A DNA stretch of 64,000 nucleotides. Source: an uncultured Armatimonadetes bacterium. Lineage in GTDB: Bacteria; Armatimonadota; UBA5829; DTJY01. The stretch's first letter is position 1, and the number at the start of each line of letters is the position of its first letter. Shown here piece by piece: positions 48,934-57,914 of this stretch. The notes below the pieces were generated by a model. The model had not been told where the DNA came from, did no database searches, and saw only the letters and a program-made list of their open reading frames with translations. Location: assembly GCA_963717145.1 (NCBI GenBank), contig OY970325.1, positions 1,792,001 through 1,856,000 on the forward strand, written 5' to 3'. The position numbers were made by a program, and so were the translations under genes.

Positions 48934-51900
48934 ATGTTTAGTATATCATCTCGATATCCTGCGTTCTTAGTGCTCGGGGCAGGCATCGTTCTCATGGCTC
49001 TCATGGCGTTTCCATGTGCCGCGCAGGACGACAGCCCAACCCTGGCGCCACAGAATCCCACCTTCCTTGAATATCTCAAGGATCCATACATGGCGTTTCA
49101 GCAGGATGCCGAGAGCGGCATCAAGGGCGGAATTGTGCCCGAGCCGATCGACTTCTCATACCTGAAGGATATCGTCGGCGGCAAAGGCATCGTGGCGCTG
49201 GAGGTGCTCCCGACTTCTTACGATCTTCGCACATTGAACAGACTCACGCCGATCCGCAACCAGGGCGGCTGCGGAAGCTGCTGGTCGTTTGCCTCCTATG
49301 GATCGGTCGAGTCGAACCTGAAACCGGGAGAATCCCTCGATTTTTCAGAGAACAACCTGAAGAACCAGCACGGATTCGACATCGCCTGCTGTGACGGTGG
49401 AAACAGAAGCATGGCAACCGCATACCTGGCAAGGTGGGAAGGCGCCATCAGCGAGCAACAGGATCCCTACTCTGCGGGGAGTTGCACCTCCCCCAGCAGT
49501 CTCACCTCTGCCAAGCATGTGCAGGAAGTGATCTTCATCCCGACGCGGAGCGGCTTTCTCGACAACGATACACTCAAGCAGGCGGTGATGCAGTACGGCG
49601 CAGTCTACACCTCCTACTATCACGGCGACGCATACTACAAGTCCTCCACCGGCGCCTACTACTACAACGGCACCAACCAGCCCAATCACGGCGTTTGCAT
49701 CGTCGGCTGGGACGACAACTACGACAAGAGCAACTTCCTGACGCCTCCGCCGGGCAACGGCGCGTTCATCATCCGCAACAGCTGGGGCACCTGGTGGGGG
49801 CTCAGTGGCTACTACTACATGTCATACTATGACACGCAGCTTTCTTCCGAGAATGCGGCGTTCACCGCCGAGTCGGGAACTAACTACGATGGGATATACC
49901 AGTATGACATGCTGGGTTGGACAGGCAGCGCCGGTTATGGAGGCAACACGGCCTGGTTCGGGAACGTCTTCACCGCCGTGGCTACCTCCAATGTAGCCGC
50001 TGCGAGTTTCTACACCGCATCGCCCAACTCGACCTACGAGGTGCGCGTTTACGTCAACCCGACCAACGGCCCCGTGAACGCCTCGGGCCCTGTCGCAACT
50101 GTCACAGGATCGATCGCCCTCGAGGGGTACCATACCGTCAAGCTTCCCACGCCGGTCCCGATCACCACGGGACAGAAGTTCTCGGTGGTGGTGAAACTCA
50201 CCACTCCCGGCTACGGCTATCCGGTTCCGTTGGAGCGGCCATACTCCGGCTACTCGAGCATCGCGACCGCGAGCGCCGGGCAGAGCTTCATGAGTTCCAA
50301 TGGCACGAGTTGGTCAGATGTTGCGACTTCCTACGGCAACAGCAACGTCTGTGTGAAGGCCTTCACGACTGGCTCAGGTGGACCGGCCCCCGGCGCGTTG
50401 TCAGTTACCCCCGCGACCGGCCTGACCGCAAGCGGCGACCCGGGCGGACCGTTCAACCCGTCGAGCCAGGTCTACACCTTGACGAACACCGGCGATTCAT
50501 CCATTGACTGGTCTGCGGCCAAGACCAAGTCGTGGGTAACTCTGTCATCCGCCGGCGGCACTCTGGCAGCCGGAGCGAGCACTACCGTGACTGTTTCCAT
50601 CAATGCTGCTGCCAACAGTCTTACCGCCGGATCGTATTCGGATACGGCAACATTCACCGATACGACGAAGAGCGTCAGCGCGACCCGTGCCGTGGCGCTG
50701 ACCGTACTCGCGCCGGGCAGCCTCTCGGTCACTCCGGCAACCGGATTGACCGCAAGCGGCACGGCAGGCGGGCCCTTCAGCCCGTCGAACCAGCAGTATA
50801 CGCTCACCAACACGGGCGGCGAAACGATCAACTGGACCGCTAGCGTGACGCAGCCGTGGGTGACCCTCTCCCTGACAGGTGGAACACTGGCGGTGGGCGC
50901 ATCGGCAACTGCGACTGTCTCGATCAACTCGAATGCGAACGGCCTCATCGCGGGCGTGTATCCGGACATCGTGACCTTCGCCAACACGACCAACGGCTCT
51001 GGGAACACTGCTCGGAACGTGAGCCTGACAGTCACCGCACCGATCCCGGTCACCGGCTACCAGGTCGGACCGACGACCTTCAGTTGGATCGATCCGACGA
51101 GCCATGCCGCGATCACATTGAGCGACAACTCGGCAAGCACGCCCCGCGCCCTGCCCTTCTCATTCGGGTTCTACGGCAAATCATACAGCCTGATCTACAT
51201 AGGATCGAACGGTTTGTTGGGCTTCAGTTCGAGCGGGATGACCAACTACGGCAATTCGAACCTGCCCTATGCCTATCTGCCGAACAAGGCGATCTATCCC
51301 TATTGGGACAATCTCAACCCGGCCTCGGGTGGGAGCGTGAGGATGGGAGTGGTCGGATCGGCTCCGAACCGCAAGGTGGTCGTGAGCTGGGTCGGAGTGC
51401 CGAGCAACTACGCGTCCACCGTGAAGTTCACTTTCCAGGCGGTGCTCTGCGAAGGCTCGAACAACATCATCTTCCAATACCTGACTACGGCGATAACGAA
51501 TGCCACCTATGGCCGAGGGAAAAGCGCGACCATCGGCATCGAGAACGAGACCGGTACGGAAGCCTGCAAATACTCATACAACACGCAGTCCATCTCTGAT
51601 GGCCAGGCGCTGCTCTTCTCAATGGACCCACTCGCGCCGCTCCCGGGCTCGCTTTCGGTCACTCCGACAACCGGACTGAGTGCCAGCGGGTTGGCGGGAG
51701 GGCCCTTCAGCCCGTCGAATGAGACCTACACACTGACCAATGACGGTGGAGAGGCCATCAACTGGACAGCGGGCAAGACCCAGCCGTGGGTAACTCTATC
51801 CAGTACGGGCGGTGCACTGGCAGCGGGGGCGAGCACGACCGTAACCGTCTCCATCAACTCGGCTGCGAACAGCCTGGCGATCGGTTCATATTCCGACACA

Positions 51901-52569
51901 GTAACCTTCTCGAACACCACAAACGGAAGCGGGAGCACGACTCGGCCCGTCGGCCTGACGGTCAATGATAGCCTGCCTCCTCCGCCGCCAACAGGTTATC
52001 AGGTCAAACCGACGACCTTCGGTTGGATCGACCCGACGAGTCACAGTACCATGGTGCTGGCGAACAACAAGGCGAGCGCGGCGCAGAGCATCCCGTTTGC
52101 CTTCGACTTCTACGGGACGAGTTCGAGCAGTCTCTACATCGGCTCAAATGGACTGATCAGCCTGAAGAGCGGTTCGGGCCTGTACAGCAGCTATAACAGC
52201 AACCTGCCTACTGCGAATAATCCCAACGGCATAGTGTGCGCCTATTGGGACAGCCTGAACCTCACGGGCGGCCAGGTGAAGATCGGCGTCGTCGGATCGG
52301 CTCCGAACCGCAAGGTGGTCGTGTCGTGGGTGAATGTGGCGCACTCGTCCTCGTCGACCACGAAGTTCACCTTCCAAGCGATCCTCTGTGAGGGGACGAA
52401 CGACATCATCGTGCAGCACCTGCTCTCGGGTTCATCAAGCACAACCTACGGCGGTGGCAAGAGCGCGACCATCGGGATCGAGAATCAGGCGGGTACGGGC
52501 GCATGCGTCTTCTCGTACAACACGCGGTCGCTATCGGACAACACCGCGCTGCTGTTCACGACGCACTAG
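48934..52569 (+). CDS. Secreted papain-like C1 cysteine peptidase with lectin-like domain, three BACON/Ig-like repeats and two repeated beta domains
   Basis: NQGGCGSCWSF, NHGVCIVGWDDN, IIRNSWG; YQYD.LGW lectin-like domain; 3x LSVTP.TGL.ASG..GGPF.PS; 2x GYQV.PTTF.WIDPTSH. Confidence 0.92.
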   Translation: MFSISSRYPAFLVLGAGIVLMALMAFPCAAQDDSPTLAPQNPTFLEYLKDPYMAFQQDAESGIKGGIVPEPIDFSYLKDIVGGKGIVALEVLPTSYDLRTLNRLTPIRNQGGCGSCWSFASYGSVESNLKPGESLDFSENNLKNQHGFDIACCDGGNRSMATAYLARWEGAISEQQDPYSAGSCTSPSSLTSAKHVQEVIFIPTRSGFLDNDTLKQAVMQYGAVYTSYYHGDAYYKSSTGAYYYNGTNQPNHGVCIVGWDDNYDKSNFLTPPPGNGAFIIRNSWGTWWGLSGYYYMSYYDTQLSSENAAFTAESGTNYDGIYQYDMLGWTGSAGYGGNTAWFGNVFTAVATSNVAAASFYTASPNSTYEVRVYVNPTNGPVNASGPVATVTGSIALEGYHTVKLPTPVPITTGQKFSVVVKLTTPGYGYPVPLERPYSGYSSIATASAGQSFMSSNGTSWSDVATSYGNSNVCVKAFTTGSGGPAPGALSVTPATGLTASGDPGGPFNPSSQVYTLTNTGDSSIDWSAAKTKSWVTLSSAGGTLAAGASTTVTVSINAAANSLTAGSYSDTATFTDTTKSVSATRAVALTVLAPGSLSVTPATGLTASGTAGGPFSPSNQQYTLTNTGGETINWTASVTQPWVTLSLTGGTLAVGASATATVSINSNANGLIAGVYPDIVTFANTTNGSGNTARNVSLTVTAPIPVTGYQVGPTTFSWIDPTSHAAITLSDNSASTPRALPFSFGFYGKSYSLIYIGSNGLLGFSSSGMTNYGNSNLPYAYLPNKAIYPYWDNLNPASGGSVRMGVVGSAPNRKVVVSWVGVPSNYASTVKFTFQAVLCEGSNNIIFQYLTTAITNATYGRGKSATIGIENETGTEACKYSYNTQSISDGQALLFSMDPLAPLPGSLSVTPTTGLSASGLAGGPFSPSNETYTLTNDGGEAINWTAGKTQPWVTLSSTGGALAAGASTTVTVSINSAANSLAIGSYSDTVTFSNTTNGSGSTTRPVGLTVNDSLPPPPPTGYQVKPTTFGWIDPTSHSTMVLANNKASAAQSIPFAFDFYGTSSSSLYIGSNGLISLKSGSGLYSSYNSNLPTANNPNGIVCAYWDSLNLTGGQVKIGVVGSAPNRKVVVSWVNVAHSSSSTTKFTFQAILCEGTNDIIVQHLLSGSSSTTYGGGKSATIGIENQAGTGACVFSYNTRSLSDNTALLFTTH

Positions 52570-52579
52570 CACCACTCCA

Positions 52580-52654
52580 ACGCCGTAGGGGCGTGCCTTG
52601 TGCCGCCCGGCAGCAAAGTTGTACCGGGCGGCACAAGGCACGCCCCTACGGCGT
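52580..52654. repeat. GTAG-type REP doublet between convergent genes
   Basis: ACGCCGTAGGGGCGTGCCTTGTGCCGCCCGG ... CCGGGCGGCACAAGGCACGCCCCTACGGCGT. Confidence 0.92.
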
Positions 52655-52691
52655 CTGTGGCTGGACTGCGGGAGGGCGTTGACGCGCTCCC

Positions 52692-53774
52692 CTACGGCGT
52701 CCGCCCGCCCCGGACCCAATCCTCGTCGAAGAGAACCGTCTCCACATCGCTGGACTTCGGCTCGGTGGCATGATAGTGGGAGAAGGCGAGGAGGATGCGC
52801 CCGTCATCGAGTTGGGTCACCCCGTGGTCGCTGAGCTGGTTCCTGCCGGTCTCGGTGGCGATGTCATGCTTGAACTCCCAGGTCTTGCAGCCGTCGGTGG
52901 AGAGCGCCGCGGTCAGGGGCCAGCGGGGATACTGGGTCTCTGAGGAAGTACTGTTCCACACAAGCAGATAGTTGCCGTTTCGAAGCTTGATGAGCTGCGG
53001 GATCGACTCCGGCGACGGGATACCGCTCGACTTCGGCTCCGACCACGCGACTCCGCCGTCGGTCGAAGTGGCCTCGTACAGAAATCCGCTCTTCGTGCGG
53101 AAGAGACAGTACAGCTTGTCCGATGCAAGCTCCACGGCCACAGGCTCCATCGCCCCGCGCTCGGTCGGAATGCTGATGTCATAGCCCTTCGTCCACGTCT
53201 TGCCCTCGTCATCAGACACCATGAAGAACGCGGTGTGAGTGTACCCGTCGTCATTGAGGTAGGTCGCCGGCAGGACGATGCGCCCACTCCTTAGCTGCCG
53301 GGGGATCATGTGCGCGCCGTAGTAGAACTTGCCATGACTGACCTCGCCGATCATGTCGATCTGGCGGGGAGCGCTCCACGTGCGGCCGGAGTCGTCGGAC
53401 CGGCGCATGAAGATGCGGGCGATCGAGCGGGCGTAGTCCTTGGTGCTCGCCACGGTCTTGCTGTCCTCTGTCGCGCCCTTGAAGAAGGTCTCTCGCCAGA
53501 ACAGGAGGACCGACTGCGTGCCCTTGAGGTTCACCATGACGTGATGCGAGACGTTCGCCATCGGGGCGGCCATGAAGATCTCCGGCGCGGACCAGGTCTC
53601 GCCCCGGTCGGTCGAGATGGCGTAGAGGGCCGCGTTGTCGTTGAACGTCTCCTCGCCGTTGTACGCGCTGATGAGCATGATGACGCGCCCGTCCGGAAGC
53701 TGGTGCGGGAACGGCCCCTGGTAGAACTCCCATCCGTCGATTCGGCCTTTCAGGAGTGGTTTGTGCGTGAACAT
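52692..53774 (-). CDS. BNR/Asp-box sialidase-family protein
   Basis: Asp boxes STDRGETW, SDDSGRTW, SDDEGKTW, STDGGVAW, STDGCKTW. Confidence 0.9.
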   Translation of the reverse strand: MFTHKPLLKGRIDGWEFYQGPFPHQLPDGRVIMLISAYNGEETFNDNAALYAISTDRGETWSAPEIFMAAPMANVSHHVMVNLKGTQSVLLFWRETFFKGATEDSKTVASTKDYARSIARIFMRRSDDSGRTWSAPRQIDMIGEVSHGKFYYGAHMIPRQLRSGRIVLPATYLNDDGYTHTAFFMVSDDEGKTWTKGYDISIPTERGAMEPVAVELASDKLYCLFRTKSGFLYEATSTDGGVAWSEPKSSGIPSPESIPQLIKLRNGNYLLVWNSTSSETQYPRWPLTAALSTDGCKTWEFKHDIATETGRNQLSDHGVTQLDDGRILLAFSHYHATEPKSSDVETVLFDEDWVRGGRTP

Positions 53775-53783
53775 GGGAGCACC

Positions 53784-54233
53784 TCATTGCGGACTTGGGA
53801 TTTCGGAGTGCGGATTGGCAGGCTGAGACCAGCCGGAAGGTCTGTCGGTTATGAGCGCCCACAGAGGGATCCCCGTACCGATCAGCGCCCAGAGTAGAGT
53901 CGCGGCGAACATCAGGCCGGTGTGCTCCAGCTTCGGATGAGCTGCGTAGTAAGCCGGAGCGGTCGCAAGGGTCCAGATGCGCTCCACTACCCATCCAGAG
54001 TAGAGGATCACCAGCACCTTCCATGCCCACGCCTTCCTTCGCAGCAGCGCCGTCCAAATCGGCCACTCCAGGCCAATCACGACGTTGGTGAGGTAGAGGC
54101 GCAGATCTACTGACCGACCACCTGCATGCAAGACGCTCTGCATGACTCCAGGTGTCAGCATCATAGCGCCTACAAGACTGGACACCGACATCAGTATGAA
54201 GATGATGGCGATGACTCGCGTGCGGTTCTTCAT
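53784..54233 (-). CDS. 4-TM membrane hypothetical protein
   Basis: Four hydrophobic helices; LLRRKAWAW motif. Confidence 0.7.
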   Translation of the reverse strand: MKNRTRVIAIIFILMSVSSLVGAMMLTPGVMQSVLHAGGRSVDLRLYLTNVVIGLEWPIWTALLRRKAWAWKVLVILYSGWVVERIWTLATAPAYYAAHPKLEHTGLMFAATLLWALIGTGIPLWALITDRPSGWSQPANPHSEIPSPQ

Positions 54234-54263
54234 CGCGTGCCCCCCTGACAAAGAAGGCAACCG

Positions 54264-54459
54264 CTATAGGTCGCCTTGCGTTATGTCTTGGTCTCGATCG
54301 AAGTTCAGGCGATCTGCTTCCAGTTGCTTCTTCGAACTCGTCCCACCACTCCTGGCCCATCTCGTCAGTAGTAGACATCAGCTTGTGAACGAATGCCAGC
54401 AACTGCCGGTTCTTCTTACTGAGGCGTCTGTGCCGTGTCGTATGCGGTGGAATGATCAC
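54264..54459 (-). CDS. Small antitoxin-like protein (1-nt frameshift near 54327), paralog of 54464..54646
   Basis: KKNRQLLAFVHKLMSTTDEMGQEWWDEFE/QLEADRLNF aligns with the neighbouring ORF. Confidence 0.55.
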
Positions 54460-54463
54460 GTTG

Positions 54464-54646
54464 CTACCCCTCGCCGTGCAAACGAAACTCCTGCAGTTCC
54501 TTCACAAACTCCTGCCAGAACTCCTCGCCCAGATCATCGGGCTTCGACATCCAATCACGAATGAGCTTGATGGCGGCTCGGTTCTTTGCACAGATTCGCT
54601 TGCGCGCTGGCTTGCGTTCTTCAGTTGCTTTGGTCTTGTCGGCCAT
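54464..54646 (-). CDS. Small antitoxin-like protein
   Basis: KNRAAIKLIRDWMSKPDDLGEEFWQEFVKELQEFRL; GAGG RBS directly after glyQS. Confidence 0.65.
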   Translation of the reverse strand: MADKTKATEERKPARKRICAKNRAAIKLIRDWMSKPDDLGEEFWQEFVKELQEFRLHGEG

Positions 54647-54655
54647 TGGGCGTCC

Positions 54656-56050
54656 TCACGCACATTCATCCATCTTGTCGCGGAGCCAGTTCTTGACCTC
54701 GGAGAGGGCGACGCGCACCTGCTCCATCGTGTCTCGGTCGCGGATCGTGACCGCCTGGTCCTCGAGGGTGTCGAAGTCGACCGTGATGCACCAGGGCGTC
54801 CCGACCTCATCCTGGCGGCGGTATCGGCGTCCGATGCTCCGGGCCTCGTCGTAATCGGCGCTGTAGCACTTCCGGATCTCCTTGTACAGGTCCTGCGCGA
54901 CCTCCGGGAGTCCGCCCTTCTTCGCGAGCGGGAGAACCGCCGCCTTGTACGGGGCGAGTTTCGGGTTCAGGCGCAGGACCGTCTCCACCTCGGCGCCGGC
55001 ATCGCCACGCCCGCCTGAGATCTCCTCGTAGGCGTCGCAGAGGAACGCCAGAAACGTGCGATCGACGCCTCCGGACGGCTCGATGACATACGGCACGAGG
55101 CGCTCGTTTGTCGTCTCATCGAAGTAGCTGAGGTCCTTGCCGCTGACCTCCATGTGCTGCTTGAGGTCGTAGTCCGCCCGGTTCGCGATGCCCTCCAGCT
55201 CGCTCCAGCCGATCGGGAAGAGGTACTCCACGTCCGAGCACCCCTTGGCGTAATGGGCCAGCTCGTCCTCCCTGTGCGGTCGGAGCCGGAGGTTCTCCGG
55301 CTTGATGCCGAGGCCGACGTACCAGTTGAACCGCTCCTCGAGCCAGTACTCGTGCCACTTCTGGGCCTCCTCCGGCCGCGCGAAGAACTCGATCTCCATC
55401 TGCTCGAACTCGCGGGTCCGGAAGATGAAGTTGCCGGGCGTGATCTCGTTGCGGAACGACTTGCCGATTTGCGCGATGCCGAACGGGAGCTTCTTCCGGG
55501 TCGCGGCCTGGACGTTCTTGAAGTTGACGAAGATCCCCTGCGCGGTCTCCGGCCGAAGGTAGACGACCGCGGCGGTATCCTCTACCGGGCCCATGTGGGT
55601 CCTGAACATCATGTTGAACTGCCGCATCGGGGTCAGTTCGCCGCCGCAGTCCGGGCACACCACACCTTCGAGCAGCTTTTCGAGGTTCGCCATCTCCTCA
55701 GGCGTGCGCTCGACGGCATCCTCTTCCATCGCCTGAGCCTCCACGAGGTGGTCGGCGCGGAACCGATGCTTGCACTTCCTGCAGTCGACCATCGGATCGG
55801 TGAACGACTCGACATGGCCGCTCGCCTTCCAGACGTCTGGGTGCATGAGGATCGCGGCGTCGAGGCCGACCATGTCGTCGCGCTCCTGGACGATCGCCTT
55901 CCACCATGCGGCCTTGACGTTGTTCTTCATCAGGACGCCGACCGGGCCGTAGTCCCACGTCGAGCCGATGCCTCCGTATATCTCGCTCGAAGCGAAGATG
56001 ATTCCTCTCCGCTTGCACAAACCTACTATGCTTTCCATTTTGTCGGCCAT
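54656..56050 (-). CDS. glyQS: Glycine--tRNA ligase (alpha2 type)
   Basis: YLRPETAQGIFVNF, SFRNEITPGNFIFRTREFEQMEIE, ELEGIANR, VIEPSGG, IGRRYRRQDEVGTP. Confidence 0.98.
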   Translation of the reverse strand: MADKMESIVGLCKRRGIIFASSEIYGGIGSTWDYGPVGVLMKNNVKAAWWKAIVQERDDMVGLDAAILMHPDVWKASGHVESFTDPMVDCRKCKHRFRADHLVEAQAMEEDAVERTPEEMANLEKLLEGVVCPDCGGELTPMRQFNMMFRTHMGPVEDTAAVVYLRPETAQGIFVNFKNVQAATRKKLPFGIAQIGKSFRNEITPGNFIFRTREFEQMEIEFFARPEEAQKWHEYWLEERFNWYVGLGIKPENLRLRPHREDELAHYAKGCSDVEYLFPIGWSELEGIANRADYDLKQHMEVSGKDLSYFDETTNERLVPYVIEPSGGVDRTFLAFLCDAYEEISGGRGDAGAEVETVLRLNPKLAPYKAAVLPLAKKGGLPEVAQDLYKEIRKCYSADYDEARSIGRRYRRQDEVGTPWCITVDFDTLEDQAVTIRDRDTMEQVRVALSEVKNWLRDKMDECA

Positions 56051-56129
56051 GTTGTTCCTCGGGTGAATGGAGTATTGGAGTGGTGGAGTGCTGGGGTATT
56101 GGGTCCGCCAGCGTCACAACGCCGGGGAC

Positions 56130-56159
56130 ATTATACGGGAAGGGAGTGAGGCAGTTCAA
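56130..56159 (-). promoter_or_regulatory. Sigma70-type promoter of glyQS
   Basis: TTGAAC-N18-TATAAT, about 80 bp upstream of the start. Confidence 0.6.
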
Positions 56160-56211
56160 GCCGTGGGGCGGTTCATGGGTGAGGAGTTACCGCTCATACG
56201 CAGTAGCGGCC

Positions 56212-56490
56212 CTAGTCGATCTCTATATCCGCGTATTCAGCGAAAGACTTGAGTTCGGTAACTCTTCCCGCCGCCGCATCCGCCAGGCCTTGGCGGACTT
56301 GCTCCAGGGCCTGCTCATTCCGATAGAGCCAGGCCTCGCGTTCCGGTATCGGGATCAGGGAGATAGCCCCGTCCGCAGCGTACTCGACCAGGAAGTCCTT
56401 GTCCGCGATTCCGGGTCCGAGATGGACGCGCCCACGAGAATCGGACCTTACTATTCTCCCTGATTTGGAATGCTTCCGCGTCTTAGGCAT
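56212..56490 (-). CDS. AbrB/MazE-like antitoxin-type protein (no adjacent toxin)
   Basis: DSRGRVHLG...DGAISLIP, EAWLYRNEQALEQVRQGLADAAAGRV. Confidence 0.7.
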   Translation of the reverse strand: MPKTRKHSKSGRIVRSDSRGRVHLGPGIADKDFLVEYAADGAISLIPIPEREAWLYRNEQALEQVRQGLADAAAGRVTELKSFAEYADIEID

Positions 56491-56511
56491 TGCTGATGTC
56501 CTTCCCGTCAG

Positions 56512-57150
56512 CTAGATCATCACGCGGATGTCCCGGATGAACTCATCCGGTTCCTCGGGACTGATGAGGTAGCTCATCCTCCTGCCTGTGATCAGCACCA
56601 TGCGGTGGAGGTCGGTCACTGCGGAGTAGAGTCGCATGTTCCTGGCAGTGACCTGATATTCGAAGATGCCCGGCTTCATGTACAAGAAACCCTTCTCAAG
56701 CGGTTCCTCAGCGATCCAACCATCCAACCGCTCGGGGTACGGGGATGCCTCAAAGTACCTGGTCGTACTCGAAAACTTCGCGTGTAGCCGTTCGACGGAC
56801 TGGATTTCGGATATGGTGATGACTATGCTTCCATACGGCCATTGTCGGACGATGGTCAGAGAGTGGTCGGTCAGTTCATAGCAAAGCGTCCGCCGAAACC
56901 AGGGCTTACAGGCCCAGAGGACTAGCAGGCCTAAAAAGCCTGCCCATATAGCCGGGTCGCCCACGCGCATCCAGCCGCCACCATCTTCGCCAAAGATAAA
57001 CGACAGAGGAATGCTGAACAGGACCAGACAACCCACAAAGACCCAAGCGCAACCGATCGTCCAACCGGGGTAGCCCATAGGCTCCTCGCGAATCGGGGAT
57101 TGTCCGTAGGTCTGTATTCCCGCCAGGTTATTCTCGTTGTTCACGTCCAT
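56512..57150 (-). CDS. Membrane protein with bacterial PH-like domain
   Basis: Two TM helices, then YELTDHSLTI...ISEIQSVE...YLISPEEPDEFI. Confidence 0.7.
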   Translation of the reverse strand: MDVNNENNLAGIQTYGQSPIREEPMGYPGWTIGCAWVFVGCLVLFSIPLSFIFGEDGGGWMRVGDPAIWAGFLGLLVLWACKPWFRRTLCYELTDHSLTIVRQWPYGSIVITISEIQSVERLHAKFSSTTRYFEASPYPERLDGWIAEEPLEKGFLYMKPGIFEYQVTARNMRLYSAVTDLHRMVLITGRRMSYLISPEEPDEFIRDIRVMI

Positions 57151-57168
57151 TGGTTGCACTCAACAACC

Positions 57169-57555
57169 CTACTCCCCCACCCACGCGGTCGCCTCGATCT
57201 CGACCCGGACATCCTTCGGCAGGCGGGCGACCTGAACCGTCGCGCGGGCGGGCGGCTCGGAGCTGAAGTATCGGCCGTAGACCTCGTTCACGGCGGCGAA
57301 GTCATTCATGTCCGCAAGGAAGATCGTGGTCTTGACGACATCCTCCAGGGTCCCGCCCGAGTCGTCGAGGATCGCGCGGATGTTCCTCATCACGCGGTCG
57401 GTCTGCTGGGCGACATCGCCGTCCACGATCTCGCCGCTCGTGGGGTCGAGCGGGATCTGCCCTGAGACGAAGATGAACCCGCCGGCTTTCACTCCCTGGG
57501 AGTATGGTCCGATCGCGGCGGGCGCTCTCGGTGTCTTGATCGGTTGCTTCGGCAT
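57169..57555 (-). CDS. ridA: RidA/YjgF enamine deaminase
   Basis: APAAIGPYSQG, SGQIPLDP, VVKTTIFL, PARATVQVARLPKDVRVEIE. Confidence 0.96.
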   Translation of the reverse strand: MPKQPIKTPRAPAAIGPYSQGVKAGGFIFVSGQIPLDPTSGEIVDGDVAQQTDRVMRNIRAILDDSGGTLEDVVKTTIFLADMNDFAAVNEVYGRYFSSEPPARATVQVARLPKDVRVEIEATAWVGE

Positions 57556-57603
57556 CTCGATTACCTCCAATGGCAAGAGTCGGTTGCTAGTGCGGTGCCG
57601 GTT

Positions 57604-57686
57604 GTCGTTCCTTGGAGTGCGGTGGCTTGGCACCGCCCTGGGGACGGGGCAAGGCGGTGTCAAGCCACCGCACTCCAAGGAACGAC
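57604..57686. repeat. GGAGTGCGG-type REP doublet
   Basis: GTCGTTCCTTGGAGTGCGGTGGCTTG ... CAAGCCACCGCACTCCAAGGAACGAC. Confidence 0.9.
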
Positions 57687-57914
57687 TCAGAGTTCGAGCG
57701 GCTCGCAAGAGAGCTGGCCGCCGTCCTTGATGAGCGCTTCGAGGCGGCCCTGGACCTCGGTGAGCTGACGGTTGCACTCACGGGAGAGCCTGATGCCCTC
57801 CTCATAGAGGACGAGCGACTCGTTCAATGGGAGCTTCCCGTCCTCCAACTGCTCGACGATCTCCTCGAGCCGTGCCAGCGATTCCTCGAATGTCAGTTCT
57901 CTCTCCACCATCAT
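57687..57914 (-). CDS. xseB: Exodeoxyribonuclease VII small subunit
   Basis: TFEESLARLEEIVEQLEDGKLPLNESLVLYEEG; ATGA overlap with xseA. Confidence 0.96.
   Translation of the reverse strand: MMVERELTFEESLARLEEIVEQLEDGKLPLNESLVLYEEGIRLSRECNRQLTEVQGRLEALIKDGGQLSCEPLEL

Noticed and set aside
53251-54459. 402-aa minus-strand ORF
   Set aside because: Chimera of a frameshifted small gene running out of frame through two real genes.
56051-56211. T-box leader for glyQS
   Set aside because: The promoter lies only ~80 bp from the start and no T-box consensus is visible.
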